Assembly (NCBI GenBank): GCA_024278755.1
Contig: JAJRSO010000061.1
Coordinates: 114,938-178,937, forward strand
DNA: 64,000 nt
Source of the DNA: Calditrichota bacterium
GTDB taxonomy: Bacteria > Calditrichota > Calditrichia > Calditrichales > Calditrichaceae
Direction: 5' to 3'
Shown: piece by piece, positions 1 to 9,032 of the stretch
Position numbering within the stretch: the stretch's first letter is position 1
How the letters are laid out: the number at the start of each line of letters is the position of its first letter
Translations under genes and position numbers: made by a program
The notes under the pieces: generated by a model
Databases searched by the model: none
What the model saw: only the letters and a program-made list of their open reading frames with translations
What the model was told of the DNA's origin: nothing

Positions 1-261
1 ATCGGCCAGGAACAAAGCGAAATAGAAGAGCTGGCCAATCTTAGTGTTTCCGTTAAAGGCGGGGATACCGGTTTATTTATACGTGAAATTAAACCCGATT
101 TTCATAAAATAAGTCTGCGATCAAAAACTAGAGTTGATGTGAATCAGGTTGCCAAAGCTTTTAACGGAGGCGGGCACAAGCGTGCCGCGGGTTGCAGGAT
201 TGAGGGAAATAAACAGGATGTTATAAGCGCTCTTCTAAACGAAATTGAAAAACAACTTTAA
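1..261 (+). CDS. nrnA: 3' fragment of DHH/DHHA1 phosphoesterase (NrnA-like oligoribonuclease / pAp phosphatase); 5' end outside window
   Basis: Frame 1 open from base 1 to TAA 259-261; translation ...DVNQVAKAFNGGGHKRAAGCRIEG... contains the DHHA1 GGGH-x-x-AAG signature. Confidence 0.7.
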   Translation: MGQEQSEIEELANLSVSVKGGDTGLFIREIKPDFHKISLRSKTRVDVNQVAKAFNGGGHKRAAGCRIEGNKQDVISALLNEIEKQL

Positions 262-290
262 ACGTTTAAGAATCCACGAAAAATATATTT

Positions 291-326
291 GTACCGCTGC
301 GTACAGTAATCTGTACGATACGGTAC
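291..326. repeat. 36-nt nested perfect palindrome GTACCG-ctgc-GTACAG-taat-CTGTAC-gata-CGGTAC, 30 nt after the nrnA stop (possible 3' hairpin, no U-tract)
   Basis: Outer arms GTACCG/CGGTAC and inner arms GTACAG/CTGTAC are exact reverse complements. Confidence 0.5.
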
Positions 327-403
327 GGCTCTGTCCTTCCATTTAAATAATAGTTTCTCCTATTTTCTTTATTTATAATAAGTTGTAAGTAAAGAAAATA
401 GTT

Positions 404-419
404 TGGCACGTCTTATGCC
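404..419 (+). promoter_or_regulatory. candidate sigma54 (-24/-12) promoter TGGCAC-gtctt-ATGC
   Basis: Matches TGGCAC-N5-TTGC at 9 of 10 positions with GG-N10-GC spacing; about 90 nt upstream of ATG 507. Confidence 0.35.
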
Positions 420-506
420 TGATAACCGGTAACAAACGAAAGGTGTGAATCCGACCAAGGGCCCGGAAAGATTCAGTAAATGGTGATATTTATTTTGGAG
501 GGAATA

Positions 507-1487
507 ATGAAACGATTAATGTATGTTTTGACAGGACTGAGTTTACTCACATTTGTGGCTTGTTCCACAAACAGCGTAAACGATGATGAATTAAGCGCCT
601 GGGAAGAAGAAAATACCCAGCAGGTTCAGGATGTTCTGAATGCGGACGAAGATTTGAATTTTACCGTTGTGGATGACGGAGATGAAAATAATATCGATAA
701 TGATGACCCGAATTGGGTGGGAAGCGCTTCTCTCGGAAAAACAGCGGCGATGCGGACTCATTACGGCCGTATACGCAAACATCCGGTGGAACGTAATATT
801 CAAATCATTTTCGACACGGATACAACGGCAACCGCTTATATTTATACAAAGCTTAAAGGCATATTTGTTGTACACAAAGCCGAACTAGTGGGAGACACCG
901 TTTCTGTTAGTCGCTATGAAAAACCGATGACTCATGAAGTGGAACGTGTAGTACATCTTAAAAAAGTACGCGACACGGAGCAGGCTCGTCTGAACTGGAA
1001 AATTACGGATATTTCCATGCGAAGCGGCGCTTCTCCCAATGCCACGGTTGAAATTGTTGAAGTGGACGTTATGCCTTCCGAACAGGACTCTGTGGTAATA
1101 ACCGATCCGCTGAGCTATTTTATGAACGGTAACAATATGTTTCTCTTTCCGCGCTTTACGGATGTAAGCGTACGTGTAATCGTAAAAAATACATCCGCTA
1201 CGCCGATGATTTATCCGGACGGTACCGAAGCTACCGAAATGGTACGTCTGTATTACGGACGCAACCGTCTTGGTAACTTTGCCCGCAAGGCGTTTACCTG
1301 GGTTGGAAAAGATGATTTGGGCAATAATGTGTACGAAGGCAGCTGGACAATACAGCAGATTCCGGGTATGCGGCACCATGCACTTATTGACGTAGTCGAT
1401 AACGGAACGGTACTGAGCTCGGATAATGATGCATATCCGTACAATTCAAATACGTGGTCAACGCCTTATATGGTAACGGTATTTTAA
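507..1487 (+). CDS. hypothetical lipoprotein (acidic linker, beta-rich body)
   Basis: ORF 480-1487; probable start ATG 507 preceded by GGAGGG; MKRLMYVLTGLSLLTFVAC is a signal peptide plus lipobox Cys. Confidence 0.75.
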   Translation: MKRLMYVLTGLSLLTFVACSTNSVNDDELSAWEEENTQQVQDVLNADEDLNFTVVDDGDENNIDNDDPNWVGSASLGKTAAMRTHYGRIRKHPVERNIQIIFDTDTTATAYIYTKLKGIFVVHKAELVGDTVSVSRYEKPMTHEVERVVHLKKVRDTEQARLNWKITDISMRSGASPNATVEIVEVDVMPSEQDSVVITDPLSYFMNGNNMFLFPRFTDVSVRVIVKNTSATPMIYPDGTEATEMVRLYYGRNRLGNFARKAFTWVGKDDLGNNVYEGSWTIQQIPGMRHHALIDVVDNGTVLSSDNDAYPYNSNTWSTPYMVTVF

Positions 1488-1508
1488 TTACACCAAAAAC
1501 ACTGCGCG

Positions 1509-1534
1509 GCGGGCGCTTTTGGTGCCCGCTGTTT
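1509..1534 (+). terminator. hairpin GCGGGC-gcttttggt-GCCCGC followed by tgTTTg
   Basis: 6-bp GC stem 22 nt after the stop of 507-1487; short T-run. Confidence 0.45.
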
Positions 1535-1581
1535 GCAGTTATCGGGAGATACGCTTATCTTAGTACGGATAAGGAAAAACC

Positions 1582-3078
1582 ATGAATACCAATACTAAAA
1601 TATTCTTTCTGTTAATTCTATTGTTCTCGCTGAGTCAGGCGCAGAATTTTTCTGTATTTAACAAAGCCGCAGATGAATTGGAAAACCGGATCGAATATTT
1701 AAAACAAACGGCCGATCGATATCAGGTTAACAGAGCCAATGAATATTTAAATCAGGCTTCGGGAAAACTGGAAGAGGCCCATTCTCTATTACGACAAATT
1801 CCGCCCAGGGTTAATGCCGCCTGGGCCGCCTACCGTCAGGCTAAAGCGCTTACCGATCAGGCCGCTAAAATACTGCTTATTAAGCCGGCTTTACGCGCCG
1901 GCGCCGAAATGGACCGGTTATTGCTCCAGGCCGAATCGCTGGTACAAAACTCCAATAATGCCGAAGCGCGCTATATGCTAACACGTGCGCGTTCTTTTCG
2001 TTTCAAATCCGAAACGGCGTTTCGTAATTCCAGATTTGTAAAAGCCCGCGAGTACTACCGTATTGCGCTATTTTTTGTTAATAAATCCATTAAACTTGCC
2101 AAAGGCGCAACCGGAAACAATTCAGGCCAAAGTTATGAGCAGTTGTTAGAAGATATTACAAATTTGTATGGTGATTTGAGTACGGCGGCCGGTTCGGATG
2201 CCGCACTAAACACGCTGCTGCAAAAAGCGCAGAACGCCCTTCGTTTAGCACAAAAGGCCAACGAGCAGGGACGTCGTCGCCAGGCACTTTTACAACTGCA
2301 AATTTGTGAACGTCTTTTATACCGGGCGGCGGATTTAAGTCAGCAAAAGGGGCAGGGGAGAACAGAGCAGATTAATTCCAATCTTATGTCGCTGGAGCGG
2401 TATATTTTAGGAATCGAAGCCGATATTCAGAATAAAAATAATCGTCAGAGCTTACGTTTATTGCGCAAAGCCAAAGACTTTTTACGCGCCGCACGTCATG
2501 ATTATGAAAACAATGCTTATAAACAGGCAGAATCTAAAATTGCCTTAGCCCAGCGTATGGCAGCAAAAGCTCTGCGCCTTTCCGATCAGGATACGCCTGT
2601 TGCGCTTGAGGATATCGAACGGCGTATTAATGAGATCAGGCATTTAATTGAATTACAGCAGCAGAAAACCGTCAACAAACAGGGGCGGCTTATGCGATTG
2701 TTCCATCGGCAGGCAGAACATTTGCTAGATTCTGCCGAAAACGATCTTCAATCCGGAGATTCGCAAATTGCTTTTCAAAAAACTAAAACGGCGCTTCATT
2801 TAATTAATCGCCTTGAATCTGTTTTAAGTAATCCGAAGACTAACGGGCAAACTGCTTCGCAACTGCAGGAACGATTGCAGCAGGCAAAACGCGCCATACA
2901 GGTTTTAGAAAAAAACACATATACAAGTCCCGGAAGTGCGGTTTTATTGCCATTGTTAAGAACTCTTTCCGAAAAAGTCCGAATAGCAATAGACCGGGGC
3001 GATTTTTTAACGGCCGGAGAAACACTTAATTTTATACAGGGCAGAATTAATAGTCTTATGAAATCGGAAGCTCACTAA
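1582..3078 (+). CDS. secreted all-helical repeat protein, function unknown
   Basis: 498-aa ORF; N-terminal signal peptide MNTNTKIFFLLILLFSLSQAQ; Ala/Leu/Arg/Gln-rich sequence with recurring L-x2-A-x3-L-x2-A helical-hairpin modules. Confidence 0.8.
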   Translation: MNTNTKIFFLLILLFSLSQAQNFSVFNKAADELENRIEYLKQTADRYQVNRANEYLNQASGKLEEAHSLLRQIPPRVNAAWAAYRQAKALTDQAAKILLIKPALRAGAEMDRLLLQAESLVQNSNNAEARYMLTRARSFRFKSETAFRNSRFVKAREYYRIALFFVNKSIKLAKGATGNNSGQSYEQLLEDITNLYGDLSTAAGSDAALNTLLQKAQNALRLAQKANEQGRRRQALLQLQICERLLYRAADLSQQKGQGRTEQINSNLMSLERYILGIEADIQNKNNRQSLRLLRKAKDFLRAARHDYENNAYKQAESKIALAQRMAAKALRLSDQDTPVALEDIERRINEIRHLIELQQQKTVNKQGRLMRLFHRQAEHLLDSAENDLQSGDSQIAFQKTKTALHLINRLESVLSNPKTNGQTASQLQERLQQAKRAIQVLEKNTYTSPGSAVLLPLLRTLSEKVRIAIDRGDFLTAGETLNFIQGRINSLMKSEAH

Positions 3079-3091
3079 GTTACTTAAATCT

Positions 3092-3250
3092 ATGAATAAA
3101 ATATTTTGGTTATCCGTACTGTTTTATTGCAGTACTTTTCTGTTTGCTCAGGCAGCGGAGACCGATGAATACCAATTTTTATTAACGGAGGCATCGGTCT
3201 TTTTGCATTATAATCCGGCTTCTGCATCCGGAGCGGCTTTAATCGATTAG
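3092..3250 (+). pseudogene. 52-codon N-terminal fragment (signal peptide) of the downstream beta-barrel gene, ended by in-frame TAG 3248-3250
   Basis: ATG 3092, MNKIFWLSVLFYCSTFLFAQA|AETDE; same frame as 3449-4588; only the TAG separates the two. Confidence 0.6.
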
Positions 3251-3448
3251 GCCAAACAATATGCCCGGCAAAAAGACTATTTTCTTGCCTCGGTTTTCCT
3301 GGAAGAATTTTTACAACAACAAACCGGTTCCAAACCGATCATTAAGCAGGAAAACAAATCCCGTTCAGAGCCGGTTTCATTTACAATTAGCAGCGGAATT
3401 GATTACAATCACCAGGAGTTTGAACTGGATTATATCGAAAGTGATTCT

Positions 3449-4588
3449 GTGCTTGCCGATCAAATAAAAAAACCATTTGCCGCTCTTGATGTAACCGCAC
3501 GTCTTTCCGGAACGGATGAAAACGGAATTCATCTAAAGGCAGGCATTCGTGGCGATAAAGAGAATACGTCATTACGAACTCAACTTCTGGCATTAGGACA
3601 AATAAAAACCTTAGGTTACCAGGTAGATGCAGGATTTATTTATGATAACAACAGAGCCTATCCTGACTTTACTTTTTCGGAATTTAACAGCAGGCAAAAT
3701 GCAAACTGGAAAGTATCTTCGGCCTGGTTCATGCGGGCTGATAATGAAATTCGTTACAAAAAGTATAAAGCCCCCTCACAAACAACCCCCGATTTTTTAA
3801 AAAACACTTTGCGTGTAACATCCGGCTATTTTACTCCCGCCGGAAATATCGTTTCGTTTGTTTACACTGCGGATTTCAATGAAAGCACAGACTATTCCAA
3901 TAATGATTATTTTGAACAAACCGCTGGCGTTAACGGGTCGGAACAGATACGGAATACGGTGGAGCTACAATACGGATTGACGGCCAAAATAAAGAATTTT
4001 GTCTATGCCATAAACGATTCGGTTATTTCAAACCGCGCGCAATCGGTTTCTTTACGATTTCAGACCGATATGGGATTGAACGCAGCTCTGCATTGGAAAC
4101 TTGCATATGACGGTTTCTACAAACACTATATAAAACAGACCGAACAGGATCCCGATTATCAATTGCATACATTGTCCAATACGTTACAGTTTACGCTGTT
4201 CCGCAGTGTTCGCCTTTCAACCGGAGGATTGCTGGAATATAAAAAGCATTTTACTTTTCCGGGAGCCGAATCGGTTTATATCGAAGAACAGGATTACACC
4301 GGCGCCGGTATTTTATTGGGTTTGGAATACTATCAATATCAGGGATTGCTTATCTCCATAGAAACCGGATACGCTCAACGTCGTTCCCCCAAAACCCTTT
4401 CCGAATCGTGGAGCAGTATTAATAATAACCGTTCCGTATTCAACCTTAATTTACTCTTACAGATACCGTTTGCCCGGCAATTCAGTTTAAATATGTATGC
4501 CTCTTACGATAATGACCGGGATTTGGACAGCGATACCGGAAATACCAGAAGTTCTATTTTTTCTGCCGAAATACAATATAAATTTTAG
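3449..4588 (+). CDS. outer-membrane beta-barrel-like protein body; frame is open from 3251 and continuous with 3092-3250 apart from one TAG
   Basis: ORF-track start is a GTG with no signal peptide of its own; alternating aromatic/polar strand pattern; C-terminus ...FSAEIQYKF ends in Phe like an OMP beta-signal. Confidence 0.65.
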   Translation: MLADQIKKPFAALDVTARLSGTDENGIHLKAGIRGDKENTSLRTQLLALGQIKTLGYQVDAGFIYDNNRAYPDFTFSEFNSRQNANWKVSSAWFMRADNEIRYKKYKAPSQTTPDFLKNTLRVTSGYFTPAGNIVSFVYTADFNESTDYSNNDYFEQTAGVNGSEQIRNTVELQYGLTAKIKNFVYAINDSVISNRAQSVSLRFQTDMGLNAALHWKLAYDGFYKHYIKQTEQDPDYQLHTLSNTLQFTLFRSVRLSTGGLLEYKKHFTFPGAESVYIEEQDYTGAGILLGLEYYQYQGLLISIETGYAQRRSPKTLSESWSSINNNRSVFNLNLLLQIPFARQFSLNMYASYDNDRDLDSDTGNTRSSIFSAEIQYKF

Positions 4589-4665
4589 GAACAATTTTGT
4601 CTTAAATTCGTTCTATTATTTTAATAACGGTTTATTACAGAAAAGATTCTTTACCAAACGAAATT

Positions 4666-4717
4666 CAGAACAGGGAAATGGGCATTTACACCCCCCTATA
4701 ATTTGTTCTGTTTTTTT
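4666..4717 (+). terminator. hairpin CAGAACA...TGTTCTG followed by T7
   Basis: 7-bp stem with long internal loop, then TTTTTTT at 4711-4717, about 80 nt after the stop at 4588. Confidence 0.45.
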
Positions 4718-4773
4718 AATAATCCGGCTGTTTTGTAGGTTTGCTGTTTATATAACTAAATACACCGATAGTG

Positions 4774-4802
4774 TTGACATCGAATTAAACAAAATTTAAA
4801 TT
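4774..4802 (+). promoter_or_regulatory. sigma70-like promoter candidate TTGACA-N17-TAAATT
   Basis: TTGACA 4774-4779, 17-nt spacer, TAAATT 4797-4802; about 150 nt upstream of ATG 4955. Confidence 0.3.
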
Positions 4803-4954
4803 CCAACACGCTTAATCGGCTTTTTCTTTTTGCAGTTACAGCCCTCTTTTTACAACATTTATGTTAGTTGTTTAATATGAGACGTGTATATCTGTTTTAT
4901 TATTTTAATCTATGATCGGGAAGATCAAACACATTATTCCCGGGGAGAAACAAA

Positions 4955-6139
4955 ATGGAGTTTAATCATCTGTATTTATTGTCTACATATTTAAAGAAAT
5001 GGTCGTTCGGTGACAGCCGGATTTCCCTCAATTATTCTTTTTGTATGAACGAGACCTATGTGCGTAACTATGTGGATATGCGCATCTCTTCACCGCTTAA
5101 TATGGTCAACGAATTTATGAACCATTGTTTTTACCGGGCCAAGGAACAGGTGTCCGGCGAAACCGGTGATACGGCCGGAATGCAGCAAGCCGGGCATAAT
5201 ATTGTTTTAATCAATGAGTCGGAGATAAAACTTAAACTAAATGCGTTTTTAACAAAAATTCTGAAAGAGTTTAACAATAATAAGCGCAGTAACGGCCGGC
5301 AACGTATGATCTCCACTCGTAGCCTCGATTTTTTTTATAATGATTTTGAATTTGAACCGCTGGATGATACTATTAAATTCTTTGTCCATCTGAATCGTGG
5401 AGCTAATAAAATGAATGGCGATCTTTGGACAAACGCTGTGGATGATTTAAAAAATGCGCTGGCCATTAAAAAAGATGATATCGTTGCCAATAAATACATG
5501 GCCACTGCGCTAAAAAAACTGGGTCGTTTCGATGAGGCGCTGAACTATTTAAAAGTATATGCCGAATCGGAAAATTCTACCGAAAGTCTCGAAGACCTGG
5601 CGGCAGCTTATTTAAGCTTATACGATTTTAAAGCGGCCGATAAGGCATTTGCCAAATTAGAGAAAAATGAACCGGGAAGTTTATCTGTTCTGTTTGGACG
5701 GGCGATGATAGCCTATAAACAGGGTAAAGGGTATAAAACCCTGCTGGATAAAATTTATAAATTAGATCCCGACTGGCTTGTGGAAAAAATAAAAAAGGAC
5801 TGGGACTATAAACTACCGGAATACGAGGGAAATGAAAGCAATCGGTGGAACGCTGCCGCCGCTGCTCGTTATCTGGGGTTTGAACGCCCGTTTGATTTAA
5901 CGCGCAAAGCGTTTAACGGTGAAATGCCTTCCTATTTTGATGCCGATAAAGGAACCATTCGGTTTATAAAGGCCGAACTGGATGCCTGGACGGATATTAT
6001 GAACCGCTATAAAATTGATGAAGTGAACTACCATACCTATCCGGACCGTCTGACAAAAGACGAGATAAAACAGGGACGCGCTCCAAAGAAACCCACTGTA
6101 AAAAAGCCTGAAAAGGAAAAAGCTGTAAACGTGGGATGA
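4955..6139 (+). CDS. TPR-repeat protein with C-terminal excisionase/MerR-like helix-turn-helix
   Basis: 394-aa ORF; TPR-like helices (ALAIKKDDIVANKYMATALKKLGRFDEALNYLK...); C-terminal AARYLGFERPFDLTRKAF...IRFIKAELDAWT resembles an HTH_17-type DNA-binding motif. Confidence 0.65.
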   Translation: MEFNHLYLLSTYLKKWSFGDSRISLNYSFCMNETYVRNYVDMRISSPLNMVNEFMNHCFYRAKEQVSGETGDTAGMQQAGHNIVLINESEIKLKLNAFLTKILKEFNNNKRSNGRQRMISTRSLDFFYNDFEFEPLDDTIKFFVHLNRGANKMNGDLWTNAVDDLKNALAIKKDDIVANKYMATALKKLGRFDEALNYLKVYAESENSTESLEDLAAAYLSLYDFKAADKAFAKLEKNEPGSLSVLFGRAMIAYKQGKGYKTLLDKIYKLDPDWLVEKIKKDWDYKLPEYEGNESNRWNAAAAARYLGFERPFDLTRKAFNGEMPSYFDADKGTIRFIKAELDAWTDIMNRYKIDEVNYHTYPDRLTKDEIKQGRAPKKPTVKKPEKEKAVNVG

Positions 6140-6146
6140 GCAGACT

Positions 6147-7559
6147 ATGAAAAAAAAACTGCTGCTCATCAATCCGTGGATTTATGATTTTACCGCCTAC
6201 GATTTATGGAGTAAGCCGTTAGGGCTGCTTTATCTCGCCTCTTTTCTGCGAAAATACGGTTTTTCCGTTCAGTATATCGATTGTCTGGAAAAAGAAGACA
6301 ATGCGCCTGCGTCACGAAAATACGGCTCGGGACCCTATCGCCGCGAAATAATCGAAAAACCCGAAATTCTAAATCATGTCCCGCGCCACTATGCGCGTTA
6401 CGGTATCTCCGAAAATGCTTTTTTAGAACAACTGTTGCAACATAAACAGGCCGGCGCCGTTTTGGTTACCTCTATTATGACTTATTGGTACCCGGGAGTG
6501 CAGCGGGTGGTGGAACTGGTACGCGAACATCTTCCCGGCGTACCGGTTATTCTTGGCGGTATATATGCCAGCCTGCTTCCGCAGCACGCTCAAAAAACGG
6601 TTAAACCCGATTATCTGATTACCGGCCCGGGAGAAATTAAAGCCCTGCGGCTACTATCGGAACTAACCGGTTTTAAAAATGACAGCATCCCGCTACCGCT
6701 TTCTCTGGACGATTACCCGTACCCGGCATTTGATTTAATTAAAAATCCGGAATACCTGATAATTATGACCGAACGCGGTTGTCCTTACGATTGCTCTTTT
6801 TGTGCACAAAAAAAAATAGCCATGCCCTACACACGCAGAGAGCCCGCAAAGGTAGTGCAGGAATTTAAAGATCGCTATAAATCGTTTCGTCTGCGGGATT
6901 TTGCTTTTTATGATGACGCTCTGTTTATTGCCAAAGAAAAACACATTCAACCTATTCTTGAGGAATTAATCCGTAGCTATTTACCCCTGCGTTTACATTC
7001 TCCAAACGGCTTGTTTGCCAAACATGTGGATAAAGAATTGGCGCAACTGATGTACAAAAGTAATTTCAAAACCATTCGCATCAGTTTTGAAACCTCCAAT
7101 GAGGCGCGCCGCAAAGATATGTACAGTAAGGTAAGTAATGATGATATGATTCGGGCGGTTGGCTATCTAACGGAAGCAGGCTACCGGCCGAAGGATTTGG
7201 AAGCATATGTGCTAATGGGCCTACCGGGACAGGATTTAAGCGAAGTCATTGCCAGTATCGTATTTGTGCATAGTTTGGGTGTGCGGGTGAGCCTGGCCTC
7301 ATTCTCGCCTATTCACGGTACGCGGGAATTTGACAAAGCGGTACAAGCGGGATTGATTTCCGCGGATATCGATCCCTTGCTGACCAATAAATCCATCTTT
7401 CCTTTAAGCGGCCCGCATTTCAGTTATGAATCATTCCGGAAAATCCGTACCTTTACGCAAACGCTGAACGAAGCGGCCCTGCGCGGTTTGTCCCTCTTTA
7501 CGGACACACTAATCGGAGCCGATGTGCGGCGCATTGTGGGACAGATTGCTTCGGAGTAA
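6147..7559 (+). CDS. B12-binding-domain radical SAM protein
   Basis: 470 aa; N-terminal KKLLLINPW...LGLLYLASFL cobalamin-binding-type domain; CPYDCSFC (CxxxCxxC) radical SAM cluster motif. Confidence 0.9.
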   Translation: MKKKLLLINPWIYDFTAYDLWSKPLGLLYLASFLRKYGFSVQYIDCLEKEDNAPASRKYGSGPYRREIIEKPEILNHVPRHYARYGISENAFLEQLLQHKQAGAVLVTSIMTYWYPGVQRVVELVREHLPGVPVILGGIYASLLPQHAQKTVKPDYLITGPGEIKALRLLSELTGFKNDSIPLPLSLDDYPYPAFDLIKNPEYLIIMTERGCPYDCSFCAQKKIAMPYTRREPAKVVQEFKDRYKSFRLRDFAFYDDALFIAKEKHIQPILEELIRSYLPLRLHSPNGLFAKHVDKELAQLMYKSNFKTIRISFETSNEARRKDMYSKVSNDDMIRAVGYLTEAGYRPKDLEAYVLMGLPGQDLSEVIASIVFVHSLGVRVSLASFSPIHGTREFDKAVQAGLISADIDPLLTNKSIFPLSGPHFSYESFRKIRTFTQTLNEAALRGLSLFTDTLIGADVRRIVGQIASE

Positions 7560-7624
7560 AACGGCTCTGAGCTGCCAGAACGGCCGGTGGCTATTTTAGT
7601 ACGGAATTAATACGGAAAGAACCG

Positions 7625-8086
7625 ATGAGTGAAAAAAAATACCCGGTAAAACGGGGCGGAGAATACGCGTTAGAAATTGAAAAGCTGGCCTTTGGCGGGG
7701 CCGGAGTGGCCCGGGTGGAGAACTATGTTATTTTCGTAAAGGGGGCGCTGCCCGGCGATCGCGTTAAAGCCCGGATTTTCAAACGTAAACCCTCTTTTGC
7801 GGAAGCCCGTCTTTTAGAAGTGCTAACCCCCTCTCCGCAACGGGAAACGGCTCCCTGTCCCTACTTCGAATGGTGCGGCGGCTGTACCTGGCAAAATCTA
7901 AGTTACGAAAACCAGCTTAAATACAAACGGGAGATTACAGCCGAATCTTTACAACATTTGACTAAAATACAGGATGCGGACGTGTTACCGGTGATGCCCG
8001 CGGAACCGAATTTTGGCTACCGTAACAAAATGGAATTCTCCTTTTCCGACCGGCGCTGGTTATTGCCGGAGGAACTGGGTAAATAA
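7625..8086 (+). pseudogene. rlmD: 23S rRNA (uracil-5)-methyltransferase RlmD/RumA, N-terminal part (TRAM domain plus 3 of 4 Fe-S cysteines), ended by in-frame TAA 8084-8086
   Basis: TRAM-like YALEIEKLAFGGAGVARV...; CPYFEWCGGCTWQ cluster motif; same frame as 8090-9031. Confidence 0.85.
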
Positions 8087-8089
8087 GAG

Positions 8090-9031
8090 ATGGATAAGGA
8101 TTTTGCCTTGGGGCTGCATGTACCCGGTACGTTTGATAAAATTATTCAGATAGACCGTTGCCTGCTACAGGACGAACAGGCCAATGAGGTTTTGCAATTT
8201 GTTAACCGCTATGTGCGCGAACATAATCTGGTTCCGTATGGTATCCGATCACACCGGGGATATCTGCGTTTTCTGGTCATCCGCCGTAGCGATTACAGCG
8301 CAAAAATTATGGTTAATCTGATAACTTCCGAAGAGACGCCCGAAGTGCTTCAGCCTCTTGCCACTGATTTGATGAAGACATTTCCCTTTGTTGCTTCTGT
8401 TGTTAATAATATTAACAGCCGTCCGGCGCAAATTGCCCTGGGTGAAAAAGAAATTCTGCTGGCAGGAGAACCCTGGATCGAGGAAAAACTGGGCGGATTC
8501 CGGTTTAAAATATCGGCCAATTCTTTTTTCCAGACTAACACAAAACAGGCTGAGCGCCTATACGAACAGGTGCTGCAGGCAGCCGAGCTTAAAAGGGGTG
8601 ATATTGTTTGGGATTTGTATTCCGGAACGGGAACCATCAGTCTGTTTCTGGCACAGCAGGCCAAAGAAGTTATCGGTTTTGAGCTGGCCGACAGCGCTGT
8701 GGAAGACGCTTTTAAAAACGCCAAAGAGCACGATGTTTTAAATACTCGCTTTGTTGGCGGTGATTTACTGCACCGTTTACGCGATACCCGTCCCAAACCG
8801 CATGTACTGGTAACCGATCCGCCACGGGCAGGAATGCACGAGAAAGTAGTACGTTATCTGAATGAGATTTTACCGCGCCGAATCGTCTATGTTTCCTGTA
8901 ATCCCACCACTCTGGCCAGGGATTTGGCGTTGCTCAAGGATCACTATGCCATTGAACGGGTACAGCCGGTGGATATGTTTCCGCATACGTACCACATCGA
9001 AACAGTGGTTAAATTGACCAGGAAAGCATAA
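8090..9031 (+). pseudogene. rlmD: RlmD/RumA C-terminal part (4th cluster Cys plus SAM-dependent methyltransferase domain)
   Basis: ...IIQIDRCLLQ..., FFQTN, DLYSGTGTISL SAM motif, DPPRAG, catalytic VYVSCNP; separated from 7625-8086 only by TAA plus one GAG codon. Confidence 0.85.
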
Positions 9032-9032
9032 T

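Noticed and set aside
4497-4799. 100-aa + strand ORF overlapping the beta-barrel gene end
   Set aside because: It runs through the terminator hairpin and the promoter-like region. The peptide is low-complexity and likely spurious.
8350-8796. Long antisense or alternative-frame ORFs inside strong CDSs (for example 885-1379, 8350-8796, 8388-8741, 39252-39626, 41383-41853, 51942-52541, 54974-55471)
   Set aside because: These are shadow ORFs within genes whose main frame carries clear family motifs. They have no independent signals.
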